A stretch of DNA of 60,663 bases, counting the filler, from Basidiobolus ranarum (taxonomy: Eukaryota): the NCBI GenBank assembly GCA_040143965.1. It is 6 parts of 6 records of this genome, joined end to end, with 100 filler letters (N's around TTAATTAATTAA, not from the genome) between each part and the next. Parts side by side here need not be neighbours in the genome. Positions count along the whole stretch, not along the records: positions 20,289 to 30,321 come from JASJQH010000751.1; positions 30,422 to 40,441 come from JASJQH010000752.1; 4 more parts are not named here. The stretch is one strand, 5' to 3'. The notes under the pieces are model-generated. The model searched no databases. It worked only from the letters and a program-made list of their open reading frames with translations, and had not been told where the DNA came from. Both the position numbers and the translations under genes were made by a program. This document shows positions 24,316 through 36,169 of this stretch, one piece after another; position 1 is the first letter of the stretch; every line of letters starts with the position of its first letter.

Positions 24316-25426
24316 AGTTAAGAGTAAGTAACATGCCTCAAGAACATAGCTAAGCTTATAATGTTTGTAATTCGCATGTCATGTGATTGTATAAATTGAT
24401 AACTGTTAGGTGATATTTAGTCATGCTATTTCTCCAGATTGCTGCTTCAAATATGCAATATTGATCAAACCAAGTTGGCTGAATAAAACCCAGAAGTGAC
24501 CAACGTCATGTTACATGCTTACCTCATCGCATGAACTCAATGCAACGAGAACTAGCAAAATGGCAGACTTTTGGTGGGATTCCTGTGACATCGGCATTCG
24601 TAGTAACGCTATACGATATTTTCCAACATACAGCAGCAGGTATGAACATACCCAATCTTACTCTTACTAAGCCCATCTGGGTGATACGTGCTTCGTGTCA
24701 ATTATAAATCCAAGGAATAAACAATGGCTTTCATGTCAATTGTTATTCCTCTAGTCCTGGGTGTTAATTAGATTATCGCTTCCATCGTCTTCGTGGAAAG
24801 TTTTGTTATCTGGCAAAGAATTGCTCCAGTCATTATTTCTGTGTTTTGAGCTATAGTTTCAGCAATTCGTTAGAGTTCCAACCTCTCTTACTATCCACCT
24901 TTGATATGTTTTTCTGAGTTGATTTCCTCAACTCCACTATCATCTTCAACAGGTTCTTCAAGTCCGTATTTTTCCCAGAGTATGTGTGGTCGGATTGCTT
25001 AGTCGTTTTGATGGCTATTTCAATTCGTCTTCCAATTACTCAATCTGCCTATCCAACTTGTATTTTAACCAAATTACTCCTCGCAATCTTCCTACTGGCC
25101 GTTTCTGAAGAACACCGACTAACGAGCTGCTCTCCATCCCAACTACATTCAAGGACCTATCCATCACCCCCCCAAAACAATGGTCCTTGTTCGAAAATCG
25201 GTACTATCGAGGTACCCACAAGACCTACTACAATTAATTAAGGATAATTGTTATGATGCAATTTCGTGAATTACTTTATTTCCATTTACGTTAATATGGG
25301 AAAAGAAATCACAATGTATATGATGGTTAGGTGAGGAAAGAGCAATGACTCGTAAATTCTCGAGAGTGAAAGTAGCTAAATGCTACTAAACTAAGTGTTA
25401 AAGTTACCAAGAATAAACGGTCAAAT

Positions 25427-26012
25427 TTATTGGGATGCGGGTACTCCGGAATCATAAGCAGCAAGTTCAGCTGCAATATCTTCATTGATCTTGGGAACCT
25501 AGTGAGTAATTTCAAAGTTACTAAGGCGAAGAGAAATGTCAGAACAAAAGTTTCCGAGTTATACCTCAGGAGCAGCAGGCAACTTAAGATCCTTAACCTG
25601 ACCAGCCTCAGCTCCGGCAACCTAGATACATATTAAAATTAATTTCAGTTAATCGACAAATTGTGATACAAGTATTTTGAACATACCTGAGCAGCAGGCT
25701 TATAATTTCTCAACGCCTGGAGATAGATGTCTTGAACAGCATCTGAATTGATAAAGTTGTCAGTAAAAGGAGGACTAGTAGCTCATTTGATTGTAAAGGA
25801 CTGAGAATACCTTTCATTTGAACAGCTTGGGAAGAGAAGCCACGAATGGCGTTTGAGGAAGCAAGAGGAGTCTTGAAGTGATAGAAAACAAACAATTAGC
25901 CACGACTGAAAAAACGAACGTTCATGAAGTGTAAATAAACACAGCTCTACGGAAATGTAGGTGATATGAAATTTAGACGTACTCTCAAAGAAGCGGTGGC
26001 AAGTACGAACAT
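25427..26012 (-). CDS. ATP14: mitochondrial ATP synthase subunit h (5 exons)
   Basis: Spliced MFVLATASLR|TPLASSNAIRGFSSQAVQMK|DAVQDIYLQALRNYKPAAQ|VAGAEAGQVKDLKLPAAPE|VPKINEDIAAELAAYDSGVPASQ*. Presequence plus QDIYL..LR.YKP motif. Confidence 0.85.
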
Positions 26013-26988
26013 AGTATCTCGATATGATGAACGAAAAAGGACAGCAGTTAAACTAAGTTACCAAGTGCGAACAACTTTTGACTGTGTATAGTTATCAGAC
26101 GGCCAACCATAGCGTATAGGAACAGGGGTTCTCATATTTCGGATGTTTGTTAATCTTGGGGTAATTTGGGTCACCGTATGCTAGAATCTACCCCAAACCA
26201 TGGTGACTGGCTTTCTTTCAATATTTAAATTATTCAATTATTTCAACCGGTCACATTGAAAAGGTTACTTTTTATCGACAATTGTATTTATCTTTGAAAT
26301 ATTATTGAAAATAGACAGTTGCTCAAATGCCATATTGTTATGTTTCCCTAGGCTATTTTTATTGAGGATGATAGGCTTATATTTGGTCGTAGCTCTCAAT
26401 CATACAAGTAATGTGTTCTGCTAATATTAAATGTAGTGCATGATGTAGTTTCTGGAGATACTGGAGGAATAGTGACCAGGTATGATGTCTAAAATTGATT
26501 GGACTTCACCAATCCAGTTGTATATATTTCGATAATTAGGTTCTGTCAATATCAGAAGGTTCCTCTTTCAACAAAATGCTATGGACGTTCACCTCGGCAA
26601 TATTTTTGAGAGACTCAACATATAGTATATAAACTGGGCAAAATCTCTTCACAAGAATAAAGGATCAATACATAACACGATTGATTGTATCTATAGGACC
26701 GAATGATAGAAACGGAAATGACGATCATGATGATACACAACGAGATGTGCTAGCAGGTTGGAACGGAGTGTTTTCAAAGTAGATTTGATCTATATGATCA
26801 ACTTCCCTAATAACCTTTCAGAAGCTGTTATTTTGACAATCTTCTCTCTGTTACCCCATTATATCTTCCTTCAATGTTTTATAGTTTGACTGGAAGGCAA
26901 AGTTAATATCAAACTTACCTTCTTTATTCTATATTTACAAAAAACATATTTCAATTCAAGCATTATATAGGCTATCAGGGGGTTTCTT

Positions 26989-27806
26989 CTACCGAATCAT
27001 ATGTCTAGCACATAAAATATCTACAAATTCTTTGTCTGATATAGCGACTTCGCTGCATGTTCCTAGTGCTTCAGAAAGACGGATTGCTAGTAGATGTTTA
27101 CACTAGAGGAAGGCTGTCAGTTGAGAGGTCACATATGATTGATTTAGCGAAAAGGGTTAAAGAATAAACTAACCAGAGTATTTCGTTTATATATCACAAC
27201 TTTGAAAAATTTACATGAGTAACAATATTCGCTTAGAAATAACCCAATTAGCCTTGACACTGTACCTTCACGCAGAAACGCTGAACAAGTACAATATTCG
27301 TAAAGAACGGGCTCGTCAGCTTCGGGATCTGCGATCTGCAAGGTGTTAAATGGTGAATAACTGTATATTACTTGTTGAAGAGCAATATACTCTCTCACCT
27401 GGTATAGCTTACGCTTCGAAGGACAGACCATTTTTTTTACTGAATAAATTTGTTAATAAGCCTCATACTCAAGGTGTTCATTGAACAGAGTTGTCAAGAA
27501 AAGGTTATTTTACTAGATTTGTATACAACCATAACTCTTGCACAACCAAATCTACCTACTTGCATTATTATCTATCAGCCTTAAAGCATCAAGCAATACG
27601 TCCTTGTATAGTGTGTATAACGCGACTAGATTTTCGTCAGTGACTATGGATGAATGTACATGGAAAACCAAATTAGCTATCAAGTTGTTGCTTATTAGAA
27701 TACAATATATGGGGAACTTACTGGTTTGTGTTTCGCCAATCCTTCCCAGAATCGCATCACTGAATTCTTGGTGAAAAGAGAATACTTGCTTGTGGCTCGT
27801 ACTCAT
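26989..27806 (-). CDS. SWS1: SWIM zinc-finger protein, SWS1/ZSWIM7-like (Shu complex), multi-exon
   Basis: Spliced LVALYTLYKDVLLDALRLID...CPSKRKLYQ|...YEYCTCSAFLRE|VVIYKRNTL|CKHLLAIRLSEALG; CxC...CxH SWIM motif. Confidence 0.8.
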
Positions 27807-28835
27807 ATAAAGGAGAAAACGGCTTTTGTAAGATACCGACTATTCAGGTGTACTAGAGAGTGAGGGATATCATATTTTAGCAATGACTATATCAATATTA
27901 CGATCTGTTGGAAATTAAGGAAATATATTGGTTCAGATACTTCAAAATCCCTATATGATCTTTCATATTGATAGTTTTGTATATGAAGCTGATCCCGCGA
28001 AGGACAAGAAAGAGGCAAAATGGAGAATATCATGAACAAGCCAAAATCTGTGTCCAATATAGCAAAGCATAATCGCGATATATCTGTGTACATCGACGCA
28101 TCCAGATACTGGAGGCTCATCATTTTTGTTCCTCAATAGATTCTAGAATGTTTGAGAGACCAACCAAAATTGAATGACTGATTCCAAAGTTTCCACTTGG
28201 GTGTTTTGTGCTAGTGCTGCATAGCTTAATGAATAGAGGGGGATGTGACGACTTTGAGCCTAGCGTTGCTTAGCTATATTACCTTGGAAACTGGTATTAC
28301 TTGTATTCTATCTACTTACTTGGGGCTATGTTCCTCTTTGATTCAGCAGTATGTGTATTTTGCATGTGACAAATTTCATCTTTCAAACCAAGTATTTCAG
28401 TCTGGGCAGATGCAGCTCATAATTTAATCAGAAATGTCTGTTTGTAGCTGCGAACGACAGGATCTCGAGATTTCTCCACCTCGATTTTTTTTCTTATCAA
28501 GCGAATTATCACTCAGTCCTAGGATCCAGTATCCTAGAAAACAATTTATATGATTCTGTTACTCACTAAGAGTAACTTTCCACTACCTAATTCCCCCAAG
28601 AATTGACACTTCAGTGTTATAGTGTCAACGACGTTCCCAAGTGATACTCTATTGTATAGGAAGGCAAGAATCCGATTTTTAAATACTTATTTAGAGCTCC
28701 AACTTTTAAACTGAGTATACCACTGCATAGAAACGCTGACTCTTATATTAGTGGTTTGCCCTCCTGGTAGTTGATAGGGAACTAGTGGTGTAGTGCTAAA
28801 TATTATTTGTCCGGTTTAAGTCGCGCACACTCAGA

Positions 28836-30321
28836 ATGGACGAAGGTTACTATGACGTTGCGCAACCTATTCCTTCAAACCTACATGAGGTCACTATAGC
28901 TCATTTGTTGGATCCTGCATTTAATTCGGATCAAATACTCTGGGAGCTAAGTGCTGAACAGCTTGAGCTCATTGAAAAGACTTTAATAAAAGTTAAAAAG
29001 CAACGTACGGATGTATTGAAATACACCAAAGATGGTAGAGTTACTAAGCCAGTTACAACCCAGACCAAGCTCGAGGCTCCTTTTATAAAGGACTTACACT
29101 CCCACAAAGCAAGCCAAAATAATGCAGTGCTTAAGGAACCGACAACTTTTATGCGCGATGGAATTGAGTGGGTCTCTTTTTTTTATTCTCATAATCGACG
29201 TCTGCAGAAGTACGAAATCCGAACTGATGTTGAGAGAATCGACCTTGAAGAATTAGAACACAAATTTAAGCAGGATAATTGTGTAAATATATTTCTTTTT
29301 TGGCTATTTTCCATTCTTATTCCTTTCACTCTTGATGTGTACCATATGCAACTTATTCAGTGCTTTTCATTTTTGACGACCTTTTTATCTGGTTTTTTCT
29401 ATATTAATCATCTCATTACTTGGTATATATAGGTTTACCCACGAGCTTTCTGCAGCAAAGAAGAATACAAAGGAAATCGATGGTCCTATGAAACTGAGTG
29501 CAATCAATTGGGTTGGAAGCTGGCTTATCTCAATCCTGACCAAATCGGTGGGAAGCGTGGCTTAATCCAACGTGCTGTAGATAGCTATCGTAATCGATAT
29601 CCTGGTTTGCGTTCAAGAAGAGTAACCCGCCAAGAGAAAATTATGAACGGAACTCTTCGTCGTCGTAAACCAAGAGGCTCAACATCTCATATAGATTGCT
29701 CGGCTTCTTGCACTTCCTCCTCATCATCCGACAGTCCACGAGCTACTCTTGATGGCGATACTCTTGTATATCAAGATATATTTACCGGCAAGTCATGGGC
29801 TCTCCGCATTAATATAGGCGATGTTGACATAAACGAGATCGATGATGGATTTAAGCAGCGAAACAGCGTATTTCCAAGATCAGCCTTTGCAAATAAAAGT
29901 CTTTATGAGGATTCCCATAGACCCGATGAGGTGATTTGTAATGAGATTGCTTGGAAACTGGTATGTAGAGTGTGGCTTATTTGAATTGTTAACAGAATCC
30001 TCAAACCCATCTTTTGCTCTTTATGATTGTATTTTATAGGCTTGGCTCAATCAACAACTTTTAGCTGGTAAGAAGGGCACTTTGCAGCGAGTCCTTGACC
30101 TATACCGATCCAAGTTCACCATTCAATTGAGACCACGGCCAAGGAAGGTCAAAGTCAAATCAGAGGCTACTACGCTATCAACTTCAGACGATCATTCCAC
30201 ACAAGATCTCCCTAGCTTACTTCAACCAACTCTCACCTCTTCCTCCGAATCAGCCATGACCACAACAAACACCGTATCCACAAGCGTTCCTTCGTTTGAC
30301 GACTTATTTTTCACACCAACT
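28836..30321 (+). CDS. conserved fungal uncharacterised protein with two tandem copies of a DUF8032-like domain (3' truncated; introns ~29283-29432 and ~29961-30039)
   Basis: Copy 1: WVSFFYS...YEIRTDV...FKQDNC|VYPRA...GNRWSYETECNQLGWKLAYLNP..IGGKRGLIQRAVDSYR. Copy 2: LRINI...FKQRNSVFPRS...EVICNEIAWKL|AWLNQQLLAGKKGTLQRVLDLYR. Confidence 0.75.
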
Positions 30322-30421
30322 NNNNNNNNNNNNNNNNNNNNNNNNNNNNNNNNNNNNNNNNNNNNTTAATTAATTAANNNNNNNNNNNNNNNNNNNNNNN
30401 NNNNNNNNNNNNNNNNNNNNN
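30322..30421. other. artificial contig linker
   Basis: N44-TTAATTAATTAA-N44. Confidence 0.97.
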
Positions 30422-31057
30422 TTTTTTGCTTTGGGTGCGTGGGACGAAGGGGATTGCGAGTACCATAGTTGCTTTGAGCCCACTGAAGTCTTCTAGCCAC
30501 ATGATTGCCTGACTAAAATCTGAATTTTAGTCTGTGGGTATTCACGATGGTTTTTGTGATGGCGAGATATTGGAGTAAATTATTTGATGACGAAGTTGGC
30601 GCTTCAGCAGTTGAGCATGTTTTGATATAGGTGAGAATTCTACTGGTACTAATATCTTAGAGATAAGGCTGCTTTTGTAGAAACATTGATATTAAGCATC
30701 CAAGTATTATTGTATATTGTTTAGCATATGCATTATTCATTCACTGAATCTTTCTTAAGTTAAATTCATAACTTGTATTTTGGATATATTTCTCAATTGT
30801 TGAGCATACTCAACTCTCTTAACTCCTTAGAGACACAGTCATGTTGCAATTTCTCTTCATTTCTAATATCACTATATATATGCATATTTCCCTAATTATT
30901 CCAAAAGTGCAAATCACATACTTCTTACCATTGCATACTTTTTTTACCTTACTTTTCTACCCCTAACTTGCTCTCATTTTCAGAGTTAATATTTATCTTT
31001 TGGTATAAAAACCACATGTTATTTCTACCTATGAGTGTCTCAATCCATCAAAAAAGG

Positions 31058-31700
31058 GTTGAAGTATTTTGAGAGTTTGTTCAAAGTGGTTTGGAGAGCT
31101 AGAATGAATAGATGGTGTTCACTTGTTGATTTATTGAGTGGAGGGTTAACATTTATAATTTTGTTAGGGGGTAAGCAAAGAAGCAAGTAAATATGTTAGA
31201 AAGGTCCTAAGAGTATATATGCAAAGTTTGGGGTCTCCAGGAGAAGTTTTCGAAATCTATATATCTTCAGACTTCTAAGTAAGTTCTAATTGTGAAAAGT
31301 ATGTGCTAACTTAGTTCAATATGGGATAACTAAATACTAAGCTATATACGACTATATATGCTGAAATTAGCATTGCCTAAACACGTTTATAGTCATATAT
31401 AGCTTAGCATTTAGTTATCTTATATTGAACTAAGATATTACCCATTATTTGATATTGGAATTCACTTGGAATATTTTACCAACTTAGAAGTTCTCAGATA
31501 TATAAATTTTCAAACTTGTGCTAGAAGCCCCAACTTTGCACATATGTTCCGGGACCTTCCTAAACACATTCTACACGTTAGTTTGCTCACATCTTGACAA
31601 AAGTATAAATATCAACTGAATACTCAATAAATCAATAAGTGAAAACCACCAATTCCTCTAATTCTCCAAACCACTTCCAATAGGCTCCCAAATACTTTAA
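31058..31700. repeat. two diverged copies of the ~300-bp repeat family in tail-to-tail inverted arrangement (B +, ~31058-31360; C -, ~31388-31700)
   Basis: CTTAGTTCAATATGGGATAACTAAATACTAAGCTATATACGACTATA faces TATAGTCATATATAGCTTAGCATTTAGTTATCTTATATTGAACTAAG. Outer ends GAAGTATTTT and CAAATACTTTAA. Confidence 0.8.
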
Positions 31701-33217
31701 TAATATAGATGTTTAAATTATGTTAATCTCAACAGAAACTACCACCAATGGTCTCTTTTCAGATTTTGATAAAAATATCTATTTTTTAACTAATGTACTT
31801 ATTTTAAAATCTTCTTTAAAAAAGTTATGATCTTAGGTACGCCCTACCCAAGAATGCTCTTATCCACCCTAACATTCGCAGCGATTCTGCAAACAACAAG
31901 TGCTGAAATCCACATGTACTCTGTCTGAACTGTAGCAGCTAGGTGGACCTCCAACACTGACACAACACTTATTAGTCACCCTAACTTACAACATACCTGA
32001 CATTCCTAACGTAAGGATAGTTAAATAGCACTCTATTACATATCTTTCAACATGCCAGTCCAAAGACTATCATTTACATTATCTCTGCCAATTGAAGCCT
32101 GAGCTGTTTAAATAGTGTGTATGGCGAGGTCACTTCCCTTTGAAACCTTGCAGCAATGTAGATGGAGAAAACGTTGCAAACAGTTAGCACATTTCATAAA
32201 AATAGTAAATTAGCGAACATTGTGAATTCAAGATCAAAAACGATATCGGTGAGGAATTGAAAGTTTTTGTGGTCCGATGGGACTAGGGAGCAGCAGTAGC
32301 GCTTGTTGCACTTCCAAGATTTCATAGTTAATTTGACTATTTCTGCCATCCATATTATCATGATGCCAAACGGGTGTATACTTGGACTAATTCTTACTCT
32401 TATCTTCAAACCTTAATGCCTCCACCAAGAGATGATTACATTCTCTTCTATCAAGCCTATAAGACCTTCAGTAGGAATTACTCACTATGCGTATCGTTGA
32501 AGGCTACACAATGTGATGTTCAAATCGTTCGTTGCTTACTATATTGTGCTCGTAGATCATTGCCCCAGACCTAGACATCATCGCTCAATTTTTGTACTAC
32601 AATGCGTGCAATTGAGCAATCAAACGTAAGATAACTCTGTCCCAACAGTTTCCAGCTGATATTGGGGATATCTAGTGGCATATTTCTCTTATAAATGCTT
32701 CGATTAACAGGAGTTGCAATGAGTCATTGGGATGAAATCGTTTCCAATTGATTGTAATAAAGCAGTCATTGAATACTAAGTCCAGGTCGTTCAACGTAAT
32801 ATTTCATCCAAAGCCGAGAAACATGCTATGACACAATGCTAAAAGCTCCGCGCAGATCTTACCCAAAAGACCTCTCTGACTGGCTCGAAACTATTAATAG
32901 ATACTACGTCTGAAATAACTCAGGATTCATTTAACTGTATACTGAAGCCGGAGTCTAATCGATCTTCATATCCTACGTTTAAAGCTAAAACTAGGTTCAA
33001 CTCTCTGTTGTACAAAGTGCATTCGGCGTTCTTTCATGTCACATTGGACTCAAATGGCGAGGAAGCACTTCATTTCGTGACTCAAATATGCACTACGTCG
33101 TGTGAAAAGTTGAATTTACGCACTTTCTAATCCTCATAAATAGCGAAGCAACATCTGGTAATGTCATAAGCAACTACAAGTGCATCATAAGCCACTCTAA
33201 CATCAGTTCAATATACC

Positions 33218-33793
33218 ATGCATTTCTCTAACATTGTTATCGGAGCTATCTTGGCTACTCTAAGCGCCGTATCTGCAGTCCCTTCTATCCCATGCAATCA
33301 GAATAGTGGTGCTTCTTATTACTGCGAAGGTTCAAGCTTCTTTGTATGCCAAACAAGTACCAGCAAGTGGCTCTTACAGAACACCTGTGTTGGAGACTGC
33401 TGTGATACACCAGCCTATGCTGCATTCTGTCCCAACTGCGACAGCCAACCTACTACATCCAAGACAACCACCAGTGCTAGCACCAAGACAACAGCTAGTA
33501 GCAGTATCACTAAGTCTACTGTCCCCGTTACTGTTACGCCTACCAAGTCTACTGCCACTACCAAACCTACCACCAAGTCTACGAAAACGGTCCCCCCCTC
33601 TACCACCACTACCACATCAGACAAGCCAGATGCTACCGTAGCTCCCGGAGCGGATTGCCTAGTGAACGGAAGATATGGTTGTGCCGGTTCCTATTTCTTG
33701 GTCTGCCAAAATGGAAAATGGGCAGTGCAAAATAATTGTGGAGGCACATGCTGCAGTATGTTCCAATATGCTCAATACTGTTATAACTGTTAA
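33218..33793 (+). CDS. secreted Cys-rich protein with two CBM19-like modules and Thr-rich linker (paralog of 17023-17544)
   Basis: Signal peptide; Cys modules nearly identical to the paralog, including the C-terminal FQYAQYCYNC; TATA-like CATAAATA upstream. Confidence 0.78.
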   Translation: MHFSNIVIGAILATLSAVSAVPSIPCNQNSGASYYCEGSSFFVCQTSTSKWLLQNTCVGDCCDTPAYAAFCPNCDSQPTTSKTTTSASTKTTASSSITKSTVPVTVTPTKSTATTKPTTKSTKTVPPSTTTTTSDKPDATVAPGADCLVNGRYGCAGSYFLVCQNGKWAVQNNCGGTCCSMFQYAQYCYNC

Positions 33794-35017
33794 AGTTCCA
33801 CCGAATGGCGTCAATTATCTGGTATACTTCAGGTTAACCTTGTCACATGGTTACTCAATTGCTAATGCTTTAACTTACCTCATTTGGAATCCTATGATTG
33901 GTCTCGAACTGAATAAAATTTAGTTTTTAACTATTCTTACTTTAAACTATTGTATCCTATCTATCACCAAATAGGTCGAAATTGTTCAGCACTGAGATCG
34001 GCGTTGTTAGAATTCCTAAATTCATCTTGGTCTAACCATAATATCGTATTGTGAAGCCAAAAGTGAATAAAAAACTAACAAATATTTGGGTGAATTATGA
34101 TACTAGCTTTATGACAATGACTAGAACTGAGAGGATAAGAGTAACTTCTCTTCCTTGAAATTTGAAAACAAGTGAGATTGTCCTCCGAGAATCCCAAAAT
34201 AGTGAGACTGACATAGATTGGGGGACTCTACAGGTATGTGACACGGGGAAGGTAGATCTTCCAGCATTTTGGATCGAAGCATTCCTTGGGTTGCATGTGT
34301 TAAAAAGTATGCTGAGTTGAAGGCAAGCTAAATTCTCAATTTAAATTTTACACTAGGAAGACACCGAGTGCAGTACGATGGGAAATATCAAGGTATATTT
34401 TTTACCAACGTAAAAATTTAGTGCTGGTAGGTAGATGGTTATTAGCACTTCTTGAAATGGCCTGCTAGGCGATCTAGTACAGTAAAGATATCCCGCTAAG
34501 AATCTGGCTAATTCGTAACGTTGGTGGCATAATATTGTGATAATTTTCAGAGTCAGTACACAGTAGGAAGCAGTTTTTATGAATTTAGTGAAATAGTGGG
34601 GCGTGGAACATTATGAACACATAGCACCAAAGGTGTTTAGTCTTTTTCCATAGTCAACATTTGATACCTTCAGTTGTTACACTCCATATCTCCAATCATA
34701 ACTTTACTTTTCTTACTCATTAGTTAGCCTTAAGCTGTTTATTTAGTTCAATGTTTACATTGTCGATTTCTAGTAAATTCTTTTCAATACCACCATTTTT
34801 AAGCAATCGGCATATTTTTTGGGAGAGTTGAGTTAATATTTCTGACTACACTCTAAGTTACTCTAGTGAAGTTTGATTATCCTTATGTTAGTAGGTTAGT
34901 AAAGGCTAAAACAATAAATTAAGGCTAAGCCCCTTATTTAGCAACTATTTTAAGCTTAAAAAGTCATTGACGTTCTGTTTGTAAGGGGTAACTATGCAGC
35001 TTATTTTCATTTTTACT

Positions 35018-35310
35018 GTTGAAGTATTTTGGGAGTTGTTGGAAGTGATTTGGAGAACTAGAAAGAATTGGTGGTTTTCACTTACTGATCTATTTAGTAT
35101 AAGTCGATATTTATACTTTTGTCAAGAAGCAGATAAACCAACGTGTAGAATATGCTCAGGAAGGTCCCAGGAACATGTGTACAACATGTGGAGTCTTTTG
35201 GACAAGTTCGAGAAAATCACATAAACAGAGAACTGAGTAAATTCAGAGTGAACATATTGACTAACAACATCGTGAAATCTAGAGGGCTAGCTATGTGACT
35301 AAATATATGC
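35018..35310 (+). repeat. ~300-bp dispersed repeat family, copy D
   Basis: Most similar to the reverse complement of 31388-31700 (GAATTGGTGGTTTTCACTTA, GATATTTATACTTTTGTCAAGA, AACGTGTAGAAT, GGAAGGTCCC). Confidence 0.75.
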
Positions 35311-36169
35311 TTAATCTATGTCATTTCGACAGAAACATTGTCGATATTATGCCAACTCAGCTCCACTTGAAGATTATCTAGCGTATGAAGTGAGATATCC
35401 GTTTAGAAAGTATACTCACTATACTTTTCAAGAAACTATCGCAGGCAAATTATTGAGTCGTACTTGGATATTTTGAGTCAGCAAAATGGATGGACTAATT
35501 TGAATAACTCTAAAACTTCAAGCTACAATGTGGCGGCTACAGAATTAGCAGATTTAGTTTCAGGTCTGGTGATAGAAGGATGGATACAGGTGTACTTGTA
35601 AGTTATTCAGCATGTAAAAGTCAGTATGCCAACCAATTTAACACAAGTGGAACGTAAATGAGCACTGACTTTTAATATACTAACAATGATAATGCAGCAA
35701 CAGAGAGGTCTTGGTGAGAAACTTGATGTGTTACCAATTTAGTACTCATAATCAATTTAGAAGGGTTGAATACTACAACCCCTCACTTTTTATTACAAGT
35801 TTTAATTCTGTTGTTAAATGTATTCCTTTATTTCCAGGAAACATAATAATTTATCTAAGATTCTTCCTGGTACATTCATCAGAATATTATGTCAGTTTTT
35901 TTACCACCCAGTTCTACACTATAATACTCCAGCTGCGCGATGCACACACGCAGCCCATACATAAACCTTGAATCGCATGGCCTTAAAACTAGTACACAAT
36001 AGACTGAAGTTAAGGTTGTCATTACGAATATACCGTACACCAGCAATATACCAGTGTTTGGATATTCATGATACATTTTATTTCATGGGTGAGGAGAAAT
36101 GGTGCTTAGAGAAAATAGGAATACCACTCTGCTCTCTGCTGAATCCCACAAGTAGCCTGACGGTGTCTA

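Noticed and set aside
26352-26782. Exon-like pieces with splice signals (HDVVSGDTGGIVTR)
   Set aside because: No coherent start-to-stop gene could be assembled. It may be a relic, but the sequence does not support a call.
27180-27270. Second Cys motif (EYCYSC) in the SWIM gene ORF
   Set aside because: It lies in an intron read through by the ORF finder.
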